Of a stretch of 64,000 nt of DNA, positions 11,125 to 19,900 are shown piece after piece. The stretch covers positions 17,519-81,518 of the forward strand of contig CAZCCH010000002.1 of NCBI GenBank assembly GCA_964497315.1, in the 5' to 3' direction. Numbering within the stretch: position 1 is the stretch's first letter; the number at the start of each line of letters is the position of its first letter. The DNA is from an uncultured Planctomycetia bacterium. GTDB lineage: Bacteria > Omnitrophota > Gorgyraeia > Taenaricolales > CAZCCH01. The notes under the pieces were generated by a model, which saw only the letters and a program-made list of their open reading frames with translations, was not told the DNA's origin and ran no database searches. The position numbers and the translations under genes are program-made.

Positions 11125-12798
11125 TTACTTCGATTCTAGATAAGCAATAGATTCTTTAACAACATTTCCAAACGCAGGAGCTGCTACTAAACTTGCATAA
11201 TAAAAAGGTCTTGGTTCATCTACAATAACTATAACTGAAATCAAGGGATCATCGGCAGGTGCAAACCCTACAAATGAACTAATAAATTTAGAATGCGAAT
11301 ACCTGCCATCTTTAGCTACCTTCTGAGCAGTTCCTGTCTTGCCTGCTACGGGGTAACCTTCTATCTTAGCATTTTTCCCGGTACCTCTTTCAACAACACC
11401 TGTTAGAATACCAGTCAATTCTATCGCTGTTTTTCTATCTAGGACCCTTCTAACATAAAAGGTCTTAAAAGACTTTATTAGACCCCCTTTATCATCTATT
11501 ATGCGATCAACCATATAAGGCCTTACCATAACCCCTCGATTGGCTATCGCTGAAACCGCACAAACCATCTGCAAGGCAGTTACGGCTACTTCCTGCCCCA
11601 TTGGTATGGCACACATAGAAAGCCTTGACCAATCCTCAGGCTTCCTGATCATACCAATAGCCTCACCAGGTAAGTCAATACCAGTCTTCTCACCAAAACC
11701 ATAGGTTTTTATATAATTATATAGGTTTTTTTGACCCAAGTGTTGTGCGGCCTTTATGGTGCCTATATTGCTTGAGACTTCTATGATTTCAAAAAAATTC
11801 AACCAGCCATGAGGTTTATGATCATGCAAGGTATGACGGCCTATCTTGTATGCCCCGTTTTCACAAAAGATCTTTTCTTGTGGGTCTATTGAGTCTAAAT
11901 CTAAGATTGCTGAGGCAGTAATAACCTTAAAAACAGAACCAGGCTCATACATGTCAGTTATAGCCCTATTACGCCTGGACTCTGACTCTGATCTTTCAAA
12001 TATGTTCGGATCATAGGTAGGCCTATTGGCCAAGGCTAGTATTTGACCATTTCTTGGATCCATAGCGATAATAGTTGCTGCCTTTGGACTAAAATCCTCA
12101 TAAATTCTATCTAATTCAGTTTCTACAATGTGTTGTATTGCCTCATCTATGGTAAGAACAATATTATGCCCCTCAACTGCAGGTACAAAGTTTTGCTGCA
12201 TAAAAACCAATTCCCGCAGCTTTGCATCCCTCTTTGTAATCTTAAAACCTGGTTGTCCTTTTAAGAATTCATCATAGACAAGTTCTATACCTTCTAGGCC
12301 AACATTGTCCAATCCTGCAAAGCCTAATACATGTGAGCCTAATTCGCCATTTGGGTATACCCTCTTAGGTTCTTTTATTACCCCAAAAGCCCTAGGGTTT
12401 AGCTTGGTTATTTCTTTAGAGATATCATCAGATGTCTTTCTCTTTAGCCAAACAAATGAAGCATCCTTTGTAAGTCTTCGTAAAACCTCAGCTTCCTTCA
12501 TGTCCAAAATCTTAGATAATTCTCTACTTGTAAGCTGGGGGTCTTTTATTCTTTTAGGATTTACGTAAACAGAGTCCATATTTAGGCTAGTTGCAAAAAT
12601 GCGCATGTTCCTATCATAGATATCTCCCCTTTTAGGTTCTGTACGTACCATCATGCTATGCTGCTTATTAGCAACATCGCAAAGATAGTCTGATCTAAGC
12701 AACTGAATATAAAAAAGGCGTACAGTCAAGCAAGAAAGTACGCCAAAAAGAAAAACAAAAATCAAACAGGCCCGTTTGTTGTAGGAGAGTCTGCCCAT
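11125..12798 (-). CDS. ftsI: Division class B penicillin-binding protein (no PASTA domains seen)
   Basis: RGDIYDRN, EPGSVFK (SxxK), SSN, KTGTAQK. Confidence 0.93.
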   Translation of the reverse strand: MGRLSYNKRACLIFVFLFGVLSCLTVRLFYIQLLRSDYLCDVANKQHSMMVRTEPKRGDIYDRNMRIFATSLNMDSVYVNPKRIKDPQLTSRELSKILDMKEAEVLRRLTKDASFVWLKRKTSDDISKEITKLNPRAFGVIKEPKRVYPNGELGSHVLGFAGLDNVGLEGIELVYDEFLKGQPGFKITKRDAKLRELVFMQQNFVPAVEGHNIVLTIDEAIQHIVETELDRIYEDFSPKAATIIAMDPRNGQILALANRPTYDPNIFERSESESRRNRAITDMYEPGSVFKVITASAILDLDSIDPQEKIFCENGAYKIGRHTLHDHKPHGWLNFFEIIEVSSNIGTIKAAQHLGQKNLYNYIKTYGFGEKTGIDLPGEAIGMIRKPEDWSRLSMCAIPMGQEVAVTALQMVCAVSAIANRGVMVRPYMVDRIIDDKGGLIKSFKTFYVRRVLDRKTAIELTGILTGVVERGTGKNAKIEGYPVAGKTGTAQKVAKDGRYSHSKFISSFVGFAPADDPLISVIVIVDEPRPFYYASLVAAPAFGNVVKESIAYLESK

Positions 12799-12813
12799 AT
12801 TCGTTTTAACCTC

Positions 12814-13185
12814 TTACTGGTTCGCTTCTGCCTCGGAGCTTAAGCTTAAAAACGCCAGTAGGTTTGAAAAAGGATTTGTATTTTTAAGTTCAGTAGGTGA
12901 CGGTATTACTGATTTTTCTTTGGCCAGAATAATTGTCTTTTTATTATTAAGACATGAAAAGTCACTTTTCTCTGCTAAAAGAAGAGTTTGCTTGAGATTT
13001 TGGGGACTTTCTAGGCTAGCAACATTATATAACAATCCTTGCCTTTGGTCAAGGGCCTGGGTAATGGAAAGTTCTTGGTGCTGTATTTGATAACTTACCT
13101 TGGCAATTTCAACCTGCTGATGCACCAAAATCAAAGATATAGAGGTGATAAGTGCGATGATTACGAAAATCCTAGCTAGATTCAT
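12814..13185 (-). CDS. ftsL: FtsL-like bitopic division protein
   Basis: N-terminal TM plus coiled coil ending LESP; lies between rsmH and ftsI. Confidence 0.6.
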   Translation of the reverse strand: MNLARIFVIIALITSISLILVHQQVEIAKVSYQIQHQELSITQALDQRQGLLYNVASLESPQNLKQTLLLAEKSDFSCLNNKKTIILAKEKSVIPSPTELKNTNPFSNLLAFLSLSSEAEANQ

Positions 13186-13205
13186 TGTCCACCTCCATTA
13201 AAAGT

Positions 13206-14096
13206 TTATAAAGCCATAACTGCTCTTAACATGCCACTGCGCGCCCTTGGATTTTGCTTCACCTCCTCCCATGCAGGCCGTATCGGTTTCTTGGTAAGTA
13301 TCTCTACAACTCCTAGTTGTGAAAATTTTTTAAATCTTTGCTTTACAATCCTGTCTTCTAAGGAATGAAAACTAATTATGCAAACACGCGCTCCGGGTTT
13401 TAAGAATTTAGATATCTTATCTAACCCAGCCTCTAATGCTGCTAATTCTTGATTGACGGCTATCCTAAGTGCTTGAAATGTCCTAGTTGCAGGATGAATC
13501 TTTCCCCGTCTGGAACCTCTGTATGGAATTGAGCGCATTATTAAATCCCTTAGCTGAATTGTCGAATCAATGGGGGCTATCTTTCTTTGCTGAACTATTT
13601 TTCTTGCTATGCGCCTGTGCCATCTTTCCTGGCCAAATTTAAACAATATCTGATCTAATTCTTGTTCTGTTAGATAATTTACGAAATCATAGGCACATAA
13701 TTTTGTTTTTAATCTATCGAAGCGCATATCCAGGGGGCTTTCTTGTTGAAAGCTAAAACCACGTTCTGGATCCTCTAGTTGCTCTGAAGAAAGTCCCAAG
13801 TCAAAGAGTGCACCATCTATTTTTTGTATGCTTAGTTTTTCTAAAACTTTATCAACGTTACGAAAATCTTCATGGATAAACTCACAACGTTTAGAAAACT
13901 TTGATAATTTTTTTCTTGTTCTCTCTAGGGCATTTTTATCTCTATCTATACCAATAAGCTTACCTTCCTCACCAATAAGCTCTAGAATCCTTTCACTATG
14001 CCCACCGCTGCCTATCGTGCAGTCGACGATTATATTGCCCTTCTTTGGATTTAGTATGCTTAAGATTTCTTTACACATAACTGGTATATGACCCAT
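13206..14096 (-). CDS. rsmH: 16S rRNA m4C1402 methyltransferase
   Basis: HIPVM, DCTIGSGGHS, DLGLSS, HPATRTFQALRIAVN, FHSLEDRIVK, NPRARS. Confidence 0.98.
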   Translation of the reverse strand: MGHIPVMCKEILSILNPKKGNIIVDCTIGSGGHSERILELIGEEGKLIGIDRDKNALERTRKKLSKFSKRCEFIHEDFRNVDKVLEKLSIQKIDGALFDLGLSSEQLEDPERGFSFQQESPLDMRFDRLKTKLCAYDFVNYLTEQELDQILFKFGQERWHRRIARKIVQQRKIAPIDSTIQLRDLIMRSIPYRGSRRGKIHPATRTFQALRIAVNQELAALEAGLDKISKFLKPGARVCIISFHSLEDRIVKQRFKKFSQLGVVEILTKKPIRPAWEEVKQNPRARSGMLRAVMAL

Positions 14097-14107
14097 AAAC
14101 CTTATTG

Positions 14108-14548
14108 TTATTCTAGCTCCATTAATCTCTCAGCAGTTTCCTCAAAGGTTTCCTTGTTCGATTCATAAAACTCAAGCCAGCGTTCCTTTGCCCAAACTTC
14201 AATCCTATTTGAAACACCTACGATCATTACATCACGCTTGATGTTGGCAAATTGTTTTAAGTAAGTAGGCATAAGTATTCTTCCTTGTTTGTCACACGTT
14301 AATTCACACGCACCGGAAAAATACATCCTGTTAAACTTCCTGGCTTCTTTTTTGGTAAAAGACATTGCCTTGAATTTTTGTTCTTGTGTTTTCCACTCAT
14401 CTTCTGTAAATAAAAAGAGGCAGCCATCTAATCCCCTAGTAATATAGAATTTCTCTACATAGTGCTCTTTAAACACCTGCCTCAGTTTTGAGGGGATTAT
14501 CAATCTGCCTTTTCTATCTATATTATGTTCATATTCACCATAAAACAT
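14108..14548 (-). CDS. mraZ: Transcriptional regulator MraZ
   Basis: MFYGEYEHNIDRKGRLIIP and second DKQGRI repeat. Confidence 0.97.
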   Translation of the reverse strand: MFYGEYEHNIDRKGRLIIPSKLRQVFKEHYVEKFYITRGLDGCLFLFTEDEWKTQEQKFKAMSFTKKEARKFNRMYFSGACELTCDKQGRILMPTYLKQFANIKRDVMIVGVSNRIEVWAKERWLEFYESNKETFEETAERLMELE

Positions 14549-14698
14549 ATTAACCTGCCTCGCAAAAAACTTTTTTAATGTCTATCAAAATCTAGGGAAA
14601 AAATATGGATGCGCCCTATTTAATTTATGCGACGTATGCCGCTATTTTTAGCCTCCCCGACAAAGGCAAATTGTATTGGGCGCATCCATATGGATTTT

Positions 14699-14726
14699 CT
14701 CCACTTCGCTCCACTTTGCTCCACTT
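14699..14726 (-). promoter_or_regulatory. MraZ binding boxes (3 x AAGTGGAG, 10-bp period)
   Basis: Minus strand AAGTGGAGCAAAGTGGAGCGAAGTGGAG just downstream of the promoter; matches known GTGG-type MraZ direct repeats. Confidence 0.88.
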
Positions 14727-14735
14727 ACATATCCA

Positions 14736-14764
14736 AGTATATACAATTATGTTTACTTTGTCAA
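14736..14764 (-). promoter_or_regulatory. Sigma70 promoter of the dcw operon
   Basis: TTGACA-17 bp-TATACT. Confidence 0.8.
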
Positions 14765-14872
14765 GAGAAAAATTCAACTTTTTTTTGTGTATACTATATA
14801 GTGTGGTCTTTGGGAAGTGTTATAGGAATATTTTGTGGTGGGGTGAAAAAAAATAATTACAGAAAATAAAAA

Positions 14873-15209
14873 GGAGTAGGTTCGATAAGCCGAATTCTGT
14901 CGTGGATGGTCATCTGTCTTGCCTCAAACGTTACCATTTGAGGTCGTCTCTTTTAATAAAGAGGTAGCAGCCTACCCGGAACTTTTCTAACGGTGCGGGT
15001 AGCACCTCGTCCCCTATTTGGCCTTGCTCCGCGTAGAGATTGCCTCGTTTCACCCAAATTTGCAAAGCAAATTCGACTCGTCTCTGTGGCTCTAATCCGT
15101 CCGCCACTCTTTGTGGCGGAGGTGGGTGTTACCCACTACGCTACCCTGTGGAGTCCGGACTTTCCTCCCTACCCCTTATGGGGTAAGGCGACCATCTCAA
15201 ACCTACTCC
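14873..15209 (-). ncRNA. rnpB: RNase P RNA
   Basis: Minus strand has GAGGAAAGTCCGGACT near the 5' end and ACAGAATTCGGCTTAT near the 3' end; terminal P1 pairing GGAGTAGGTTTGA/TCGAACCTACTCC; ends approximate. Confidence 0.95.
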
Positions 15210-15655
15210 TTAGATAAATTTATAGGTGCATTTGAAGTTGCTTTTTTCTTGGTTTCTTTTATTGCCTTAGTTGCCAGTTTATCTGCACCTTTATTTTTAT
15301 CTCTTGTTATATGAAAGATCCTAACTTCTTCAAAACCCTTAGCAAGATAAAGTATCTTTTCATACAAAGGTTTTAAATTAGAATTCTTAACCTTGTATTC
15401 TTTGTTAAGTTGTTTAGCCAATAATTCACTGTCTGTATTAATATGAACTGACTCTGCTTTTAATGTGCTTGCTTCTTCTAATGCGCATATTGCAGCAGTA
15501 TATTCAGCGATGTTGTTTGTTGTCTCTCCTACATACTTTGAGATATTTTTTAATACTTGACCTGAAGTGCTACATACAATTACCCCAATGCCTGCAGGGC
15601 CTGGGTTTCCAGAGGCTGCTCCATCTATATAAATAGTAAGTTTTTTTGAAGTCAT
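15203..15655 (-). CDS. rnhA: Ribonuclease HI family protein
   Basis: YIDGAASGNPGPAGIG, TNNIAEY, TDSEL, NKGADKLA; start taken at ATG 15655 (TAATG overlap with upstream stop) rather than 15712. Confidence 0.9.
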   Translation of the reverse strand: MTSKKLTIYIDGAASGNPGPAGIGVIVCSTSGQVLKNISKYVGETTNNIAEYTAAICALEEASTLKAESVHINTDSELLAKQLNKEYKVKNSNLKPLYEKILYLAKGFEEVRIFHITRDKNKGADKLATKAIKETKKKATSNAPINLSKE

Positions 15656-16404
15656 TAACTGCTCGCTGGTTGTTCGGTATCGTCTTTTTCTAGATATAAA
15701 ATCCTGGTGCAATTCTCACATATAATTATACTATTGCGTAGTTTTATTTCATTAATAACCTGAGGCGGTAAATTCATATGACACCCCTGACAGGCATGCC
15801 CTTCTGCTGAAACCAAAGCAAGACCATCTTTATTCTTCAATACCCTCTCATATTTAGCAAGAATGGATTTTTCGATCCCAGGAGTCATCGTTTCCCTTTG
15901 AGCATTAAGCTGCGTAAGGTTTTTTTCGATATCAGCAAGCTTAAGCTTTACTTCTTCTCCCTTGACCTTTAATTCTTTTTCCTTTTCTGTTACGCCTTGC
16001 TTTACATCATCTATTTCTTTTTTAGCTTTATCCTGCTCTTCCATCATCAGAAGGATTTCTTCTTCAAGGACAGAATTGTCTGCCTTTAGACCTTCTATCT
16101 CTTTTTGCATTGCAGTGTATTCTTTATTCGTCTTTATCTGAAAAAGTTGGGTTTGTAACTTTTTAATATTCTCTTCTTTTGAGGCTAAATCAATTTCCTT
16201 ATCTTTTCTTTTTACCTGCAAGGCCTTTAAATCATCCTCTGCATCTTTAATCTTTAGCTTTTCTTCTTCTGCGATTTCCTTCAATTTCTCAAACATTCTA
16301 GGTATCTCTTCTTTCTCTCTACACAATGCATAAATCTGCGTATCTATTTTCTGTAAGTTTATGAGAGTACCTATTTGAGATGAATAGTCAATTTGTTCTT
16401 TCAT
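15655..16404 (-). CDS. Coiled-coil C4-type zinc ribbon protein (DUF164/CT398-like)
   Basis: LQKID start, long coiled coil, CQGCHM...CENCTRIL. Confidence 0.9.
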   Translation of the reverse strand: MKEQIDYSSQIGTLINLQKIDTQIYALCREKEEIPRMFEKLKEIAEEEKLKIKDAEDDLKALQVKRKDKEIDLASKEENIKKLQTQLFQIKTNKEYTAMQKEIEGLKADNSVLEEEILLMMEEQDKAKKEIDDVKQGVTEKEKELKVKGEEVKLKLADIEKNLTQLNAQRETMTPGIEKSILAKYERVLKNKDGLALVSAEGHACQGCHMNLPPQVINEIKLRNSIIICENCTRILYLEKDDTEQPASS

Positions 16405-16413
16405 ATTTAACTA

Positions 16414-16490
16414 TGGTGGGCAATAGAGGATTCGAACCTCTGACCTCGTGCATGTGAGGCACGCGCGCTAACCGACTGCGCCAATTGCCC
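16414..16490 (-). tRNA. tRNA-Val(CAC)
   Basis: Cloverleaf GGGCAAT...CGTGC-CTCACAT-GCACG...GGTTCGAATCC...ATTGCCC-ACCA. Confidence 0.95.
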
Positions 16491-16508
16491 CTATAAATAG
16501 AATAACTA

Positions 16509-16583
16509 TGGTGGGCCCAGAAGGATTTGAACCTCCGACCAAGTGATTATGAGTCACCTGCGCTACCGCTGCGCTATGGGCCC
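16509..16583 (-). tRNA. tRNA with CAT anticodon, most likely tRNA-Ile2 (lysidine type)
   Basis: GGGCCCA...GGTGA-CTCATAA-TCACT...TGGGCCC-ACCA; paired G1-C72 (not initiator), C4/C5 acceptor pairs typical of TilS substrates. Confidence 0.88.
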
Positions 16584-16609
16584 ATTTAGTAGTGTTTCAG
16601 TAAAATTGG

Positions 16610-16638
16610 ATTATACCAGATTTAGGTAGGGTTGTAAA
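16610..16638 (-). promoter_or_regulatory. Sigma70 promoter of the tRNA-Ile2/tRNA-Val operon
   Basis: TTTACA-17 bp-TATAAT with extended -10 TG. Confidence 0.75.
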
Positions 16639-16647
16639 GGGGGATTT

Positions 16648-16932
16648 TTAGTGTCTTTTGGTGTTTTCGTAGTTCTTTCTTAAAATCCTGATAAATCTAA
16701 TAAGAAGATAAAGAGGGTAATAAATAAATGCTAGCCTGACACCAGCACCAAAAAGCAAAGCAGACATTTTATTATCAAAATAAGGATATGGGTTTTTTAA
16801 AAAGATCTTTGTGAAGTATTCAAAGTGATGTCCTGTTGGAACAGCTATCCATACAAGTGCAATGCTAACAACCATAGCAGCAAAAACAATATAAGCTTCT
16901 CTTTTTATGATTCTTTTTAGTTTTTTATCCAT
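16648..16932 (-). CDS. Small hypothetical membrane protein (2 TM)
   Basis: Two hydrophobic segments, SD-like AAGGAAG, own promoter TTGACT-18-TATAAT at 16954-16983. Confidence 0.65.
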   Translation of the reverse strand: MDKKLKRIIKREAYIVFAAMVVSIALVWIAVPTGHHFEYFTKIFLKNPYPYFDNKMSALLFGAGVRLAFIYYPLYLLIRFIRILRKNYENTKRH

Positions 16933-16991
16933 TTAAACACTTCCTTATGCAATATTATACTGCTACAAGGATATGGAAGTCAAGGTAGGTA

Positions 16992-19900
16992 TTATGCTCC
17001 TGTTTTTGTTTCTTTATGGGACTTTAGCTCTTCAAGGAGTTGTAGTGTTTCTTCTGTGATATAGTGAATTTCATCAATAAATGCAGGTAGAGTTCTTAGC
17101 TCTGTAGCAATAAGTCTAATTAAGATTAAACCTCTTCTGCGTAATTCTTCGGCTGCTTGCTCAATAGTTTCACAAAGAATAACAAGCTCATATCCTAGGG
17201 CTGCATTTAATATATCAACATCTCCTTTAAGATGTGCAGTGTCTCCTGTTATGGCAATTGTTGTACCTTTAGGTAGTTCTAGGTCTTGTAGTGCAGGTAG
17301 AATGTTTTCACCAAGGGGTGATTCTATTATTAGACCTGTGGATAGGTTTTTAAAGTCACCAAATAGGCTTTCAGCGAAGCGACTCAACAAGCCTTTTATC
17401 TTAGAAACCAATAACTCTGTTACCTTATTACATGCTTCATCAATACCTTCTAGCTCCCTATACCGTTCAGCCTCAGCTCCGTCCATGCCCATAGATGTCA
17501 GTATCGTTTTTATCTGTGGATATCTTTTTCTGACTTCCTTTGCTAATTTCGGACCTGCCTCGCTATCAATTTTACCGGTTTCTTCATCTAGCATATTTAA
17601 ATCTGCTACCATTAAGTGAGGAAGTATTTCTAATTCATCTAATTTCCTTAATGCATCTTGTGGGTTAACTGTCTCAATAACCTTATATCCTTCTTTAGTA
17701 AAACCTCTTACTAATCTCTCTCTCTGATCTCCATCATCTTCTACTAAAAGAATTCTTATAGGTTGTGCTCCATCCTGCTCAGTGAAGCGGGGTCTTTCTC
17801 CAGCTAACCGCTGTTCCGACCTTTCTATGCTGGCGAAAGGTCCATATTCTACATCTAACGGATTTACCTTACCTTTTATCTCACTAAATCTGGTCTCATT
17901 TTCTTCTCTTGGTACTTTTATGGATGGGGGTTCGTTGTTAGGAAAAGGTAAGGGCCAGATGAACCCAAGGTCGTAGAATAATTGCCTTGCCTCATCAGGC
18001 ATAAGGTATTTTAAATATACATATGCTTGAGAATCACCGCCTCCTTTTACACACTGACCGGAAAAGAATTCTGGGACAAAACTCCTCAATCCAGAGGCCA
18101 AAAGTACCATGTCGTTAACTACTATGGCATGAGAGAGCGACGTATATGCAGACCCAAAATGCCTATTATCTTTTGAAGTCTCGTATATAACTTCCAATAA
18201 ACGTCTGAACTTATCTGGGTATTTTTTAGATGATAACGCAATGCAATCGTGAAGTATTTCGTGAAGAATAATCCAGTCAATGTCAATTCCGCCTACCACA
18301 ACAACCCTTTGAAAGGGTCGTCCAAATTCCTTTTCTAAATACTCAAATGACTCCTTATTATGGGTATCGTCTCTGTTTATATATACCGCGGTACTAATAA
18401 TACCCATGGCGTCATATTTTGACAATAACCGCAGAATTTCCTTACAAATTGTTTCGTCTACAATCACCATTAGTCCTGGCTCCAAAAAACCCTCCCTAAC
18501 AATTCCTGTCGGCAAAAACTCCTCAGCCGCAAACAACCTTCTTGCCTTAGTAGTGCTGTGCATTCGCTCGCCGGTTTTTAAATGGTCCTGTCCAGAGCTA
18601 TTACTTTCTGAAAACCTGGCTTCTGCTTCTCGTGCCCTCTCTATTTTTTCATTATCATTCTGCTCAGTGAAGCGGGCCCTGCAGACAAATAATCGCCATT
18701 TGTCTAAAGATATTTCCGGAACTTCAACTATGGGCCTTTCACTATCAGTGTCATTTTCAGTCCTTTCTTTAAACCAGATGCTGCCAAGGACATGGTCTAT
18801 CACCGGTTCTATAGGTACCTCTACCCTTTCAGATTCATTTTCAGGTGAGAAAACTACTGCAGTAGAAATACCTCGATCTTGTTTGTTTCTTAACCAGGTA
18901 ACTACAGTTTGTTTTCTATTATATTCATCACTGGCCATCTCATTTAAATGCTCCACAAGAGACTTCACCAAGTCTACCTCGTGATACTCTACGCCTTCCT
19001 CCTCTATCAATAGCTCTTTAAAAACCTGTTCGGTAGTGGCATCTATAGTCATTCCCAACTCCGTTCTCCTTTTAAAAGCCGCCTTAACGTACTCCATTAC
19101 CAAATCAGGATCTATACCATCATCATCTGCCAATCTTCTTCTAAAATTCTGCAGATAAAACGCGAAGTTCACAATCTCTGCTAAGCTTGGCCTATCAATC
19201 TCTGCCTTATGTAAGGCTCTCCTAATCTTCATTAGTTCGTCTAAGCGTTCAGCTTCTATATCCCATTCTCCATCTAATACATCTTCGAATGATTCTTTGG
19301 CGCGGACATTGCAGGCCTGAACCATTCCCCATGCTGCCTTCATTCTTACTGAAGAATGATTACTTTTATCTTTAAAGATTTCCTCCATGGCTTCATAGCC
19401 ATCATCCTCAAAACGGGCTAACGTATATGCAGCGTGCACATGTTTAGAAGAAGGTGTTAAAAGATGCCCTCTCATAAACTGTACTATTTCTTGAGCTATC
19501 TCCCTCTCTCTCCTGAGCATGGTTAAGGCCTCTGCAGCAAAAAGGGCTACATTTGCATTCCGGCCCACAGCTGCCCTTTTTAAGGCTTCCAGGGAACTGG
19601 GGTCACCTATATAACCTAAGGCTTCAGCTAGCCTGTAACGAAAGTCATCGATTCTTTCAGGCTTGGGCGTATCAGGTTCGTAAGAAGAAATGAGCGCTTC
19701 ATTCAGATGAGGTGCTACTGCAACGCCCTTTCTGACAAAAGAGGACATTGCCTCATGTTGAACATGCGCACTCCTATGGGCCAAGCACCTAAGCAATAAT
19801 CTGAGGGCTTCTTGGTCATCATATCCAGCTACAGTTCTCACAGCTGACACTAATGTGTCTGAATCGCCAGCACCTTCTGCTACAAGAGCTGCAATTGCCA

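Noticed and set aside
755-14091. Many short plus-strand ORFs opposite the dcw genes (and similar ones opposite T2SS/T4P genes)
   Set aside because: Antisense shadows of well-conserved genes with no recognisable motifs
14605-15314. Plus-strand ORFs 14605-14856, 14627-14869, 14993-15217, 15111-15314
   Set aside because: They overlap the mraZ promoter/leader and rnpB on the opposite strand
18406-18984. 192-aa plus-strand ORF inside gene A
   Set aside because: Antisense to the long ORF, Ser/Leu-rich shadow composition, no motif
19404-19418. LARFED in protein A as another linker motif
   Set aside because: Lies within a HEAT repeat helix, lacks the RFxE spacing and does not share the repeat codons
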